From a virus (taxonomy: Duplodnaviria > Caudoviricetes), in IMG/VR virus record IMGVR_UViG_3300048586_000294, positions 184-64,183 of that record: 64,000 bases of DNA. One strand, 5' to 3'. The position numbers and the translations under genes are program-made. Of the stretch, positions 1 to 9,829 are shown in pieces. The first letter of the stretch is position 1, and every line of letters begins with the position of its first letter. The notes under the pieces were generated by a model, which was not told the origin of the DNA, ran no database searches, and was given only the letters and a program-made list of their open reading frames with translations.

Positions 1-91
1 CAAAGCTAATTTTGATAGCAACCTTTTGGTGTTTCAAGGGTGAGTAAATCACTCGCCATACCACTATCACATAATGTAGTGTGGTCTGAGA

Positions 92-1198
92 GTGACAAGG
101 AGACAACAAATGGCGTCATATGCTCAACGCGCTAACGGCAATGTTTGGGTTAGAGTCAGCGTTAAAAAGGATGGGAAATACAAGCAGTTAACCTACACCG
201 CCAAAAGCATGGAAGAGGCCAAGATGTGGGCCTCACGGCATGAGGCGGGCGAACAAATGGAGCGGGATGGCGGCCAAGGGATGACAGTGCTCCAGCTGCA
301 TAATGCCTACATGCTGCGCACCATTTCAGAGTCAACTCGGTCTATGGATGAATACCGGATCGGTCGGCTGCTGGACTACTTCGGTGGGGCCAAGAAAGAA
401 GAAGGCGAGGTTAAGAGGCTGGCCAAGTGGATGATGGTGATACCGACCGACATCAAGCCACAGGGGGTTGAAGAGTACCTGCGTCAGACCACCAATGACT
501 TCAACACACTGCGCCGCGACATCTTCCATCTGCGCCGGATCCTGCGCAATGGTGACTTCACTCATTTGGACAAGGTGAAGATCGGCAATGAACGGATACG
601 AGCCAAGCGGTTGATCACCGAGGCTGAGTACAAGACGCTACTGAGCTTTGCATTGCCCTATCATCGGTGGCTTATCCGGCTCTTGTGTGAAAGTGGTTGG
701 CGGCGGGGTGAGGTCTTCAACCTCCGGCCATGCGACATTCATTTCGGACAGGTGCCCATCGCTGACTTTAAGGACGTGAAGAGTGGCGAACCTCGGGTGC
801 GCTACATGACTGATGCATGCCAAGCGCTACTGCGTGACGTGGTAGCCGAACACTTGGCGTTGGGACGTAGTCGTGAGGCTCGCCTGTGCCAATTCAAGAG
901 CGCCCATGAGATCACCCAGATGATGCGCAAGACTCGGGAGAAGGCTGGGCTGGGGGATCACATTCATCCCCATGCCTTCCGTCACCTGTTCATCACCAAG
1001 GCCCAGGGGGTGCTTGGCCTGACAGCCAAGGATGTCATGCACTTCACCGGCCATGAGGATGTGCAGACCGTCATGCGCTATACGCAGCCAGACATGCGAC
1101 TGGCGCTGGACAAGATGCGTGGTGGTATCAATGGGTCAGTGAGGGGACCAACACAACCGCAGCCCTACACCTATGATCCGACGTTCTTTATGAAGTAA
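92..1198 (+). CDS. int: Tyrosine recombinase / phage integrase
   Basis: Catalytic motifs SGWRRGE, HPHAFRH, FTGH and RY; short N-terminal arm-binding-like segment. Confidence 0.92.
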   Translation: MTRRQQMASYAQRANGNVWVRVSVKKDGKYKQLTYTAKSMEEAKMWASRHEAGEQMERDGGQGMTVLQLHNAYMLRTISESTRSMDEYRIGRLLDYFGGAKKEEGEVKRLAKWMMVIPTDIKPQGVEEYLRQTTNDFNTLRRDIFHLRRILRNGDFTHLDKVKIGNERIRAKRLITEAEYKTLLSFALPYHRWLIRLLCESGWRRGEVFNLRPCDIHFGQVPIADFKDVKSGEPRVRYMTDACQALLRDVVAEHLALGRSREARLCQFKSAHEITQMMRKTREKAGLGDHIHPHAFRHLFITKAQGVLGLTAKDVMHFTGHEDVQTVMRYTQPDMRLALDKMRGGINGSVRGPTQPQPYTYDPTFFMK

Positions 1199-1204
1199 CC
1201 AACG

Positions 1205-1229
1205 AAAAGCCCCTCGATTGAGGGGCTTT
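1205..1229. terminator. Bidirectional intrinsic terminator
   Basis: AAAAGCCCCTC-GATT-GAGGGGCTTT between convergent int and rha. Confidence 0.75.
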
Positions 1230-1304
1230 GTCTAGGCGGCTCACTGATTTTTTTCAATGAAATCAAACTGCTCAATTTTGAGCACAGACTTAGAACGGCA
1301 ATTG

Positions 1305-1862
1305 TTAAGCCGTCTCTTGGTCAAGGAGCAAACGCAGTTGCACCTCACCTCGGAGCTGAATTTCCTCGATAGCCAAGTTGAATTTTTCAATCCGGCGTTG
1401 GGCCAGCCCACGTCCGTGGTAGCTGCCATCGTTGGCAGAACGGAGTGATCGGGCGGAGTGGTCGTTGATCCGCCGATCCAACTCGTCACGTTTGCGGGTC
1501 ATGGCCTCCATCCAGTCGAAGGCATTGATGAACGCCTCTTTGAATGCACCTGCTCTGGCTCCTGTAAAGCCCATGATGAGGAACACACAGCCGTTACGGG
1601 TGAGCAGGTATTCCGGCACCTCTTTAGTGCCGCCCCCAGGTAATTGCTGGAGGTAAACTGCTCTCTCAAAATTAAGGGCTCGAAACTTGGCACTGCATTC
1701 CATGTTAGTGATTGCTCGCATGACGTTATCATGGCGCTTTCCAAACACGTCCGCGATGGTGCGTGAAGTGGTAACAATATTATCGCCTCTGACCGAAACC
1801 AAAGCGCGGATCATGCCCTCGCTCAGTTGGTCTTCCATGGTATTTTGTTTGACTTCAAACAT
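1305..1862 (-). CDS. Rha family phage regulatory protein
   Basis: TTSRTIADVFGKRHDNVMRAI...YLLTRNGCVFLIMGFTGARAGAFKEAFINAF, typical Rha signature. Confidence 0.9.
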   Translation of the reverse strand: MFEVKQNTMEDQLSEGMIRALVSVRGDNIVTTSRTIADVFGKRHDNVMRAITNMECSAKFRALNFERAVYLQQLPGGGTKEVPEYLLTRNGCVFLIMGFTGARAGAFKEAFINAFDWMEAMTRKRDELDRRINDHSARSLRSANDGSYHGRGLAQRRIEKFNLAIEEIQLRGEVQLRLLLDQETA

Positions 1863-2247
1863 GATGGATCCCTTCTAGTTGTAAGAGAGCCAAGTAGAGA
1901 ATGCGCCAGTGCTTGAGGCGCATCAGGACAAGGCTGTCGTCTGTTGTCATTCGGTTGCGCCGGTTGATGACCACCGGTACTTCCGGCCCGCCGCTTCTGG
2001 CGAGACTGCGCTCGGCCTGCGCCATGGCCTCCAGGAAGTTGAGGCGCTCCACGCGCTTTGCCTCCACATGAATGAGGGGCGTCCCCACCAGGTCAGCCCC
2101 TCCCGTCATGCGCTCGTTCACGCCACCCCCGCCACCCGATAGCGGGGCTCGAAACGCGCTATCCCTGCCGTACACCTGCTGGTTGAACCACTCGGCCAGC
2201 TCGCGCTCGAACTTCGCCCCTTTCTCCTTACATCCTCGGCCCTTCAT
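1855..2247 (-). CDS. PD-(D/E)XK nuclease, Holliday junction resolvase-like
   Basis: KGAKFERELA...ADL...HVEAKR motif pattern. Confidence 0.75.
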   Translation of the reverse strand: MKGRGCKEKGAKFERELAEWFNQQVYGRDSAFRAPLSGGGGGVNERMTGGADLVGTPLIHVEAKRVERLNFLEAMAQAERSLARSGGPEVPVVINRRNRMTTDDSLVLMRLKHWRILYLALLQLEGIHHV

Positions 2248-2518
2248 AGCGTCTCCAAAATGGCAAGTAAGTCACGATGACGATGCCCTTGACCACGAAC
2301 ACCCCGCAGTTATCCGCCGCTACTATTCCCCACATCTTGGAGTGGTCTCGTCCCCAGTAGTCGTTGTTGAACGCCTCCTTCACGGAGCTGTAGCCGTTGA
2401 ACGCGCCGCAACGTCTGAGCTGCCCCTTGCTCGCCCGCTTCCCGTCTTGGATGTTGGCGATCAACAGGGGCAGATGGCCAAGTCGTTGGTGCCACCGGTC
2501 TATGGCGTGTTGTGACAC
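2228..2518 (-). CDS. Hypothetical phage protein
   Basis: Likely GTG start at 2518 (VSQHAIDRWHQR) after a G-rich RBS; the longer upstream ORF overlaps the neighbouring gene. Confidence 0.45.
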   Translation of the reverse strand: MSQHAIDRWHQRLGHLPLLIANIQDGKRASKGQLRRCGAFNGYSSVKEAFNNDYWGRDHSKMWGIVAADNCGVFVVKGIVIVTYLPFWRRYEGPRM

Positions 2519-2556
2519 CTTCAATTCCCCCCACTCGGTTGGTACAAGGCGCGGGA

Positions 2557-2874
2557 TCAGTGCCTTCTGGCGAGTAACCCAGCCACTGCCGACTTGGCCT
2601 GACGGCAAACTCTGGCCACCTCGGTCGATGACTGGGCCAAGGGAGTACGCAGGTTGTATCCCTTGCGCGATGTCACCAGCGGCAAGCTGTGCATGATGAT
2701 GTCGATCTCCAAGCGCAGCTTCTCCAGCTCGTTCGATGGTGTCGTGCTGTTCACATTGGCCAAGGTAGAGAGCATCTGATGGATCAGCGGTGCCTCGTTC
2801 AGGTTGCTGATGTGATGGGTGATCCGGCTCGCCTCGGTCAAACATTGGCGCACTCCCAAAGGTTGATGGTTCAT
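2557..2874 (-). CDS. Hypothetical phage protein
   Basis: ATGA overlap with the upstream gene in a tightly packed operon. Confidence 0.55.
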   Translation of the reverse strand: MNHQPLGVRQCLTEASRITHHISNLNEAPLIHQMLSTLANVNSTTPSNELEKLRLEIDIIMHSLPLVTSRKGYNLRTPLAQSSTEVARVCRQAKSAVAGLLARRH

Positions 2875-3254
2875 TGCAGACCCTCGATCAGGTGGAGGAA
2901 CTTACGGGAAAATGTGCTGAATCTCGGGCTCGGCCTTTGCAGGATGGAGCGGTATTCGTGGGCCAAGTGGGTCAGCTCGGCAATGCGCTCCTTGCTTTGC
3001 ACATTGCGCAAAATGATGGGCCGCTGATCTGGCAGCCCCTTGATGACGCGGCGCGTGAGCGGTTCATCGTAGTTGCTGCCATCATGGCCAAGCTCGATGG
3101 TCTCGACCGTGGCCAGATACTTGCGGCCACGGTTATCCTCTTCGCGCTGTGCTGCGAACAGGGCGGCCTTGTCGGTTGGGAAGATGCCAACGAGGTAGCT
3201 GTGGGCTTCCCTGTCCCCCCAGCGGTACATGGTGGTCACGTACAGTTCGGTCAT
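2871..3254 (-). CDS. Hypothetical phage protein
   Basis: Overlapping start/stop on both sides in the operon. Confidence 0.65.
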   Translation of the reverse strand: MTELYVTTMYRWGDREAHSYLVGIFPTDKAALFAAQREEDNRGRKYLATVETIELGHDGSNYDEPLTRRVIKGLPDQRPIILRNVQSKERIAELTHLAHEYRSILQRPSPRFSTFSRKFLHLIEGLQ

Positions 3255-3337
3255 TCTTCTTCGTCCATGTCTGGTTCACATCGCTCACACCCTGGATGGT
3301 CAGGGTCTCGGCAACTCGGGTGCCTGAGCAGCTTCAT
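3251..3337 (-). CDS. 28-aa Cys/His mini-protein (MKLLRHPSCRDPDHPGCERCEPDMDEEE), not in the ORF track
   Basis: Fills the gap exactly, with ATGA overlaps at both ends (3334-3337 and 3251-3254). Confidence 0.65.
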   Translation of the reverse strand: MKLLRHPSCRDPDHPGCERCEPDMDEEE

Positions 3338-3753
3338 TTGGTAGCGGATGCGGTGCCGGTACTCGGCTTCACTTTCTGCTCGCCACTCTTCTTCCCACTC
3401 GGCCATAGCCCCGTCTCCCGCAAGAAGTGAACACGCTTGGTTGACAGGCCAAGGCGTTTAGCCACGGTTGCCGCTGACAATGTGCCGTTCAGCATGTCCA
3501 GCTCTGTTTGGGTGAAGACGCGGGGCACCGCCTTGAGCGTTCGCTTACCGATACCAAGCTCACGCGAACGGACGGAGGCTGCATCTGGCGGCAGCCCCAT
3601 GAGGATGGTGATGCGGGCATAGGTCATGCCCGCCTCGATGTGCTCACGTAGGCGCTTGTCCATATCGTTCGTCCACTGGAAGGTGCCGGACGGACGATTG
3701 ACCAAGTGCTTCTGGGTGATCAGGCGCTTCCAGTGCTCAAGGATGGTGCTCAT
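3334..3753 (-). CDS. Hypothetical protein with HTH-like segments
   Basis: GMTYARITILMG and LSAATVAKRLGLS helix-turn-helix-like patterns. Confidence 0.55.
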   Translation of the reverse strand: MSTILEHWKRLITQKHLVNRPSGTFQWTNDMDKRLREHIEAGMTYARITILMGLPPDAASVRSRELGIGKRTLKAVPRVFTQTELDMLNGTLSAATVAKRLGLSTKRVHFLRETGLWPSGKKSGEQKVKPSTGTASATK

Positions 3754-4121
3754 GCCGGGATCTCCTGCAATGAGGCCACCGGCACGGACATGACCGGCAT
3801 CATCATGCCAAGCGGGTGATGTGGCAGGATGGGCAGCTTGGCTTGGGCCAAGTTGGTGAAGAACTCGTAACGCAAACTCGGGCCTTGGTTGGCGACCAGA
3901 ACACAGTGCTTGAGGGTCACACCACTGAGGCCATGCGCGTGGCTCAAGATAGCCAAGTCGAGGTGAATGACCTCGTCACTGGGCTCCACGTAGTAGATGA
4001 AGATGTCCACGCAACCATCTTTATTGACGCCAGCGAAATGGAATGGATGCCGCTCGGCCAACAGGGTGAGCGTGACATCGAAGTACCCTTCAAGGGCACT
4101 GCGGGCCTGCTGTTTCAGCAT
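3750..4121 (-). CDS. Hypothetical phage protein
   Basis: Operon packing with ATGA overlap. Confidence 0.6.
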   Translation of the reverse strand: MLKQQARSALEGYFDVTLTLLAERHPFHFAGVNKDGCVDIFIYYVEPSDEVIHLDLAILSHAHGLSGVTLKHCVLVANQGPSLRYEFFTNLAQAKLPILPHHPLGMMMPVMSVPVASLQEIPA

Positions 4122-4132
4122 AACGATCCTTG

Positions 4133-4420
4133 TTAGTTATCCCGTTGCTTCATAGATCTCGCGCACTTGTCGCAAATGAATTGCCACTTCGGGCGCTTCA
4201 CGCACCGTTTGCAAAACAGGCACGGACGAGTCCAGTCATTGACCTTGAGAGGGGCGACAAACTTCGCGCCGTCAAACTCTCTGATGCCTTCACGCACCAA
4301 GATCCTTTTGAGGGTGTCAACGCACACACCCATTCGCTCTGCCTGTACGGGTAGACTCTCTTGTGGTAACGAACGGAGCCAATCAAGTTGCTCGGTCGTC
4401 AGTTTGGTTTTCTTCGGCAT
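4133..4420 (-). CDS. HTH plus Zn-finger protein
   Basis: QAERMGVCVDTLKRIL HTH-like segment; CLFC...CDKC; GAGGT RBS. Confidence 0.65.
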   Translation of the reverse strand: MPKKTKLTTEQLDWLRSLPQESLPVQAERMGVCVDTLKRILVREGIREFDGAKFVAPLKVNDWTRPCLFCKRCVKRPKWQFICDKCARSMKQRDN

Positions 4421-4720
4421 AGTGACCTCTCACGCTAAGGCATAAAAAACATACCACAGAGTCACCCTGTTGCAATCTGAAAGAACATAAATGGGCTAGT
4501 GTGTTTTTTTATAGCATGATAGAAGGTCGAATAGGTGTGATAAAGACAACAAAACAAGCAATAGCCTTTGTGTTTAAGACGAAAAAATGCTACCCTCAAT
4601 TCACTTCTTGGATCTCCTGAAAACCTCCGACTCCCTTGCTTCACCGCTGGCGCGGTTACGCAAGGTCGTGACTAAACTTCACTACGTCAGGCAGGACATC
4701 TAAGGAGTCTTGGATTCCTC

Positions 4721-4948
4721 TTGATCTTGAGAGACCTAAAATCCTCAAGAGATACAGAGGCCCAAGGCGAAGTGAATTGGAAAAAGGGGGGCCGCGTGTC
4801 CGCTGACATGTCGCTGGAAGAACGGCGTCAGTACGTCCGTGACAAGTACCCAGATGTGGCAGAACTAATCAGACTCGCCCGCCTTCACTTCGGTGAGTCT
4901 GTTGAGATAGTGGTTACACTGGACGAACCAATAACAAAGGGGCCGTGA
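4721..4948 (+). CDS. Small hypothetical protein (start possibly 4808)
   Basis: ORF in the intergenic gap, converging on the primase gene. Confidence 0.35.
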   Translation: MILRDLKSSRDTEAQGEVNWKKGGRVSADMSLEERRQYVRDKYPDVAELIRLARLHFGESVEIVVTLDEPITKGP

Positions 4949-4958
4949 GCCCCTTTGT

Positions 4959-6878
4959 TTATTCCTCAATTCCCAGGATGTGGTTCACCGTTCGCTGCGG
5001 TAGGCCAAGCATTCGGGATGCGTCCTGTGCACTGTGGCCATCGTTGATAAGCCGGTACACGTTGAAGCGTGGCGAGCTAGTGGTGACAACGAACTCACGC
5101 CCATCAAAGTCACTGCGGGCCAAGCCGACTAGCATCGGCCCCTGCATGTATTCATCCGTCATGTTGCGGGTCTTGCCATAGCTCAACTCGCACACGAACT
5201 TGATGCGCGTGTGGGGCGGCTTGATGGCATCCAGCGCATCGAAGGCGTTCGGGCTAAAGCTGTCAGCCGACTTGCCGCCCTTCTCCTTGGCGATGTCCGC
5301 ATTCTCGAACACCTGCGTAATCCTGATCTGAGTCTCGGTAACGGTCAGCTGGTTGGAGCTGCCCGCCTCACGCCCGAGACCAAACTGGGTCGGCTTGTTG
5401 GCATGGTGCAGCCAGATGACCGCAAAGCCTGCGCTGCGTAGCTTGGTGAGCAACAGGTTGAACGGAGCCCACGCCGCCGCATCGTTCTCCTGCAAGCCCC
5501 CCATGGCCGAACGCACCGTGTCTATGACCACCACATCCGGCATGGCCGCTTTCACCCACTTGGCGAACTCGGTCACGCCCTCCATGCTGGTCAGGTTGAA
5601 GTCGCCCAGCGGTGGCAACCACAAATTGAAGTTGCCGTTGGTGCGCCCGTAGCTGCTGCGCATGGTCTCAATGTGGTTGACCATGGTGTGTGGCGAGTTT
5701 TCCCAGTCGAAGTACAGCACCTTGGCCGGTCGCTCGATCTGGAACAGCCGCCCGAAGTCACGGCCAACGCAAAGGTGATAGAGGATTCGATAGAGCATGG
5801 TCGATTTGCCATGACCGGTGTAGCCGTACACCTGCGTGATAGACCCCTTGGTGAGCCAAGGGCGGACGAGGTATTGCAGCTCCTTGGTCTTGGCCTTCAA
5901 CAGCTCAAGGTCATCATCGGTCAGTGGCCGGTACGGCTCACGCACAATATCAACCTCGGTACTCTCTGCCTCAACATCACTCAAGTCGATGTTGAACTCG
6001 GCCTTGTCGGTGGCGTAAGCGGGGTGGACATAGGTGTAATTACCCTGCGCATCGAACCGCTCGGGATGGTTGCGTAGCTCCAACGCCCACGCGCTTTTCA
6101 GGCTGGCTTGGTAGTAATACTCTTCAAGCGGTTCATCAAAGAACGTCTCCATGAAGCGGCGGCCCTCGGCCTCTAGCGCCTCACCTCTGAACCCCTTCAA
6201 AATGCACTGGCTCAGGTACTTGAACACCCGATCATTACGACCGTTGCCGCCACCCGTGGGCAGCTTGCCGGTCGGGTACTTGCCTTGGACGTACTCGGCT
6301 GTCTCTGTCCACACATCCAGTAACTGCCCTTGCGGCAGCACGCCCGAGAGATCAAGCAAGTCTTTGTACTCCTGCTTGCCTTGAAGCTGTACCCACTCCG
6401 GCCATTCGCTTTGATCGGCAAAGTCTACGTGTGGCTGGATCTGCCATGCCAAGTCCGGCGAATTGGATGACGGCACCCGCACATAGCCGCCATCACCACG
6501 CAAGTCGAGGCCATCCACGGCGTACCAGTGCGCCCCAGGATTGCCGCCCTGATGGTTCTGCACCCGCTCCCCAGGGTGGCGGAAGTATTGGTGGACGCCG
6601 CGCTTGGTCTTCACCTGAATGGGTGAGCAATAGCCAAGCTCGGCCACGAACTCGATGGCTTCATCGTTGTCGCAATCCAGCACCACAACACCCGATTGCT
6701 GGCCCGTGATCAGGCCAAGTTGGGCATTGGGGAATACCTCTGCCCATCCCTCCAACTCTTCCTCGGTCGGTAGTCTGCTTTGGTAGGCCCGCCACTTCAC
6801 GGCGGGTCTCTTCTCGATCAGCGGAATGACAGCCCAACCCCGATCACGGTACTCAAGGGCTTCATCCAGCCAACTCAT
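4959..6878 (-). CDS. Bifunctional primase-polymerase fused to RepA/AAA_25-type helicase
   Basis: N-terminal Prim-Pol motifs (GWAVIPL..KRP, VVLDCD, TKRGVHQYF, DLRGDGGYV); Walker A GYTGHGKS; Walker B VVVIDT. Confidence 0.88.
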   Translation of the reverse strand: MSWLDEALEYRDRGWAVIPLIEKRPAVKWRAYQSRLPTEEELEGWAEVFPNAQLGLITGQQSGVVVLDCDNDEAIEFVAELGYCSPIQVKTKRGVHQYFRHPGERVQNHQGGNPGAHWYAVDGLDLRGDGGYVRVPSSNSPDLAWQIQPHVDFADQSEWPEWVQLQGKQEYKDLLDLSGVLPQGQLLDVWTETAEYVQGKYPTGKLPTGGGNGRNDRVFKYLSQCILKGFRGEALEAEGRRFMETFFDEPLEEYYYQASLKSAWALELRNHPERFDAQGNYTYVHPAYATDKAEFNIDLSDVEAESTEVDIVREPYRPLTDDDLELLKAKTKELQYLVRPWLTKGSITQVYGYTGHGKSTMLYRILYHLCVGRDFGRLFQIERPAKVLYFDWENSPHTMVNHIETMRSSYGRTNGNFNLWLPPLGDFNLTSMEGVTEFAKWVKAAMPDVVVIDTVRSAMGGLQENDAAAWAPFNLLLTKLRSAGFAVIWLHHANKPTQFGLGREAGSSNQLTVTETQIRITQVFENADIAKEKGGKSADSFSPNAFDALDAIKPPHTRIKFVCELSYGKTRNMTDEYMQGPMLVGLARSDFDGREFVVTTSSPRFNVYRLINDGHSAQDASRMLGLPQRTVNHILGIEE

Positions 6879-7102
6879 TGGTGCCCCTCGCCACGGCTCT
6901 CTTCAACGGGCTTGAAGTATTTGTCAAACCTGATGCGTGGCCACTTCTCCTTGATTTCCACATAGCGTTTCGCTGGCAAGCGACCCTCTTTGCGCCATGT
7001 CCAGACGTACACCCGAGGCACACCCAACGTCCGTGATACCTGCATGATCCCACCGAGATCGACCAGCATCTGATCGATGTCGAAGTAGTATTTTTCACCC
7101 AT
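6875..7102 (-). CDS. Cro-like small HTH regulator
   Basis: LGGIMQVSRTLGV...VWTWRKEGRLP; first gene off a divergent promoter region. Confidence 0.7.
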   Translation of the reverse strand: MGEKYYFDIDQMLVDLGGIMQVSRTLGVPRVYVWTWRKEGRLPAKRYVEIKEKWPRIRFDKYFKPVEESRGEGHQ

Positions 7103-7199
7103 CCTTAATCACCCCTTTGGTGTGTTTCTAGTAACAAAATATCTTGTGAAGCTGTTAGGTTTACGCTACAACAATCACCCGTAACACATCAAATGGTTT

Positions 7200-7640
7200 A
7201 TGAAAACAATCAAGGGGGTGGGTGTAATGCGTAAGGATGCGAACCAAGAGGTGACTCGTTTGACGAGTAAGGAAATCGACCAGCTGCTCAACTACTTCGA
7301 GATGCTGGAAGAGAAAGAGGACGCGATCAAGGAAGAGGTGGCGCTGGTCAAAGCCAAGATTGGCGAGGCTTTGCGGGCCGAGCATGGGGAGCTGCACCCA
7401 GGGGGATACGTTCTCCAAGGTGAGCACTACACCCTCGATGCCGAGGTGGGCGAAACGTGGCGCTGGGACGCTGACATGCTGATGCACTTGGCAGAAGTGA
7501 CCCCCAACCCACACATCAAAGTGTCTGCCACCATCGCCAAGGCCAAGTTCCAAGCCCTGCCCGATGATCTGAAACTCAAGTTCTACGATGCGCTGACCAT
7601 TAAGACCGGCAAGATCAAGCTGACTGTGCGGGGTGGCTGA
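7200..7640 (+). CDS. Hypothetical protein of the recombination module
   Basis: Coiled-coil N-terminus; first gene of the rightward operon. Confidence 0.65.
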   Translation: MKTIKGVGVMRKDANQEVTRLTSKEIDQLLNYFEMLEEKEDAIKEEVALVKAKIGEALRAEHGELHPGGYVLQGEHYTLDAEVGETWRWDADMLMHLAEVTPNPHIKVSATIAKAKFQALPDDLKLKFYDALTIKTGKIKLTVRGG

Positions 7641-7642
7641 TC

Positions 7643-8422
7643 ATGTTCACCTTCAAGACCTGCGCGGTCAGCGTCTCGCGCCAAAAGACCCTGCTTTACG
7701 CGATGCCTGGGTGGGGCAAAACCACCCAATGCCGCAACTACCAAGAGCGGTACGGCAAGGGGCTGATCATTTCCGGTGAGAGCGGCCTGTCGGCTATCGC
7801 GGATTGCGACATCGACTACCTGCCGTTCACCTCCTACAACGGCGAACACAACCCCGAGGCGGGCGTCTGCTCCTTCGTGGGCATCTTGCAGATGATCGAC
7901 TCACCCGAGTTTGCCGCTGTGGGCTACCAGTGGATCGCCCTCGACTCGCTCACCGAGTTGAGCGACCGGCTTATCGAACACCTCGAACACAAATACGAAG
8001 GCGAGAAGAACCGCTTCGCCGTCTGGGGCGACTACGCCCGCTTCATGTTGGCAGCCCTCAAGTGGTTGCGTGACAAGCCCTATCACATCCTCGTCACCGC
8101 CCTTGTTGAAGAGGACACCGAGGGGGATGACCTGAACGGGCCAACCGTCACGAACTACTGGCCGCTGGTCAAAGGCAACCGCGTCAGTCGGCAGATCCCA
8201 GGGATCTTCGACAACGTGTTCGCGGGCCTGCGTCTGGTGACAGAGAACCCCGAAAACAAAGCCACTCCCACTATTCGCCGCTTCGTGATCACTGATGAGG
8301 TGCGCGGGTATCACGGCAAAACCCGTGATCCAAAGAGAACGCTCAAGGCAGTTGAAGAGTGCGATGACATCACCCTACTGCTTGAGCGCATCCGTACCGG
8401 CAACAAGGACGCAACTGTATGA
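7643..8422 (+). CDS. AAA_24 / Sak4-like ATPase (ssDNA annealing)
   Basis: LLYAMPGWGKTT Walker A, IALDSLTE Walker B; directly upstream of an SSB-like gene. Confidence 0.82.
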   Translation: MFTFKTCAVSVSRQKTLLYAMPGWGKTTQCRNYQERYGKGLIISGESGLSAIADCDIDYLPFTSYNGEHNPEAGVCSFVGILQMIDSPEFAAVGYQWIALDSLTELSDRLIEHLEHKYEGEKNRFAVWGDYARFMLAALKWLRDKPYHILVTALVEEDTEGDDLNGPTVTNYWPLVKGNRVSRQIPGIFDNVFAGLRLVTENPENKATPTIRRFVITDEVRGYHGKTRDPKRTLKAVEECDDITLLLERIRTGNKDATV

Positions 8423-8922
8423 ACCAAAAATGGCAAGGCTTCGCCAACCTCAACCTCTGTGGCGTAGAAGAAGAACAAGGCTCCCGCACTCTGTCAGAGG
8501 GGGATCATGTGTGCCGCATCAGCTCGGCCAAGCTGGAGAAAACAGTCAGCGGCAGCGGTATCAAGTTGGTACTGCAATTCGATGGCATGAATGGGGGCTA
8601 CGTGCGTGACGTGATCAACGTCTTCAACCCGTCCGAGAAGGCCACCGAGATCGGTCGCAAGCGTCTCAAGCATCTGCTGCTTCAAGCGAACCACCCGAAC
8701 CCAGACCAGCCTGGGGATGTCGCCACCATGGTCGGCCTGATTGTCGGCGTCCATGTGGTCAAGGGTGAGGACTGGCGTGATGACACCGGCAACGTCCGCT
8801 CCGGTGGTGGTGAGCCGCGTAACTTCGCTCCTTACTTCAAAGCCTCCCAGCAAGGTCAGCCGTCTGTGCTGCAACCAAGACCCGCCGCGAACGACTCGTT
8901 TATGGACGAGATCCCCTTCTGA
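8419..8922 (+). CDS. DUF669-like single-stranded DNA-binding protein
   Basis: LSEGDH..RI...KSG pattern and acidic C-terminal DEIPF tail. Confidence 0.78.
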   Translation: MNQKWQGFANLNLCGVEEEQGSRTLSEGDHVCRISSAKLEKTVSGSGIKLVLQFDGMNGGYVRDVINVFNPSEKATEIGRKRLKHLLLQANHPNPDQPGDVATMVGLIVGVHVVKGEDWRDDTGNVRSGGGEPRNFAPYFKASQQGQPSVLQPRPAANDSFMDEIPF

Positions 8923-8961
8923 ACGGCCCTGTACGGGAGGCGTTAAGCCTCCCGATTTGGA

Positions 8962-9792
8962 GTGCCTATGAGTGCTTTAGTGTTGCGAATTGACGAGGCT
9001 TACATGAACGAGCCAGTGCAGTCACCACGCCGCTACATCGGGGCCAGCTCGATGGGTGAGTGCGAGGCAGAGATCGCGTTTAACCTGCGGGGTTTCCCTG
9101 GTGCCAAGCCCGAACCTCGGATTGCTCGCATCTTCAAACTGGGTCACGCCCTTGAAGACATGGTGCTGGGTGATCTCAAGCTGGCCGGTTACAGGGTCTA
9201 CCCGACTGACCCAGCAACGGGCCAGCAATGGACGTACACCGCCTTTGGCGGCCATGTGGTGTGTCACCTTGACGGTATTGTGTGGCTGGAGCCGATGCCG
9301 GAATGGGACATCCCGAGAGCCAAGGCAGTGCTGGAGGTCAAGAGCATGAACAAGTCCATGTTCGCCAAGCTCCAGCGCGAAGGGGTGAGAAACAGCCATC
9401 CCAAGTATTTCAACCAGATGCAGGTGTGCATGATGCTGGCCGGTCTGGAGTGGGCCATGTTGGTGGCCTACTGCAAGGACAACTCCGATTACCACATCGA
9501 GATCGTGGCGCTTGACCAACTCACCGTGTCGCACCTTGAGTTGATGATCCATCACGCCCTGACCAATCAGGCTCGCAAGGTGTCGGACGTACCCTCGTTC
9601 TTCAAGTGCAAGCTCTGCTTCAAGCGGCAGGTCTGCCACGGCGAGGTGGATGTGCCCCGCTGCTGTGCCACTTGCCAACATGCCATCGCCCATAAGTCGG
9701 GTGGCTGGTTGTGCACCTTGATCGATGAAGTGAACTACGCGGATGACGTGTGCCAAGGCTACAGTAGATACACCCCACTTCCTGCATGCTGA
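8962..9792 (+). CDS. Cas4-like PD-(D/E)XK exonuclease
   Basis: IGASSMGEC, GH..E, HLDG, LEVKS, QMQ, CKLC..RQVC Fe-S-type cysteines. Confidence 0.8.
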   Translation: MPMSALVLRIDEAYMNEPVQSPRRYIGASSMGECEAEIAFNLRGFPGAKPEPRIARIFKLGHALEDMVLGDLKLAGYRVYPTDPATGQQWTYTAFGGHVVCHLDGIVWLEPMPEWDIPRAKAVLEVKSMNKSMFAKLQREGVRNSHPKYFNQMQVCMMLAGLEWAMLVAYCKDNSDYHIEIVALDQLTVSHLELMIHHALTNQARKVSDVPSFFKCKLCFKRQVCHGEVDVPRCCATCQHAIAHKSGGWLCTLIDEVNYADDVCQGYSRYTPLPAC

Positions 9793-9793
9793 A

Positions 9794-9829
9794 TAAAACC
9801 AAGCCCCTCAGTTGAGGGGCTTGGTTTTA
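9794..9829. terminator. Bidirectional intrinsic terminator
   Basis: Perfect inverted repeat TAAAACCAAGCCCCTCA-GT-TGAGGGGCTTGGTTTTA between convergent operons. Confidence 0.85.

Noticed and set aside
4440-4760. Replication origin
   Set aside because: AT-rich with short TCTTG(G/A) repeats, but no clear iteron array; insufficient evidence
8962-9792. Cas4-like gene as part of a CRISPR-Cas system
   Set aside because: No repeat-spacer array or other cas genes seen; it sits in a Sak4-SSB-exonuclease recombination module
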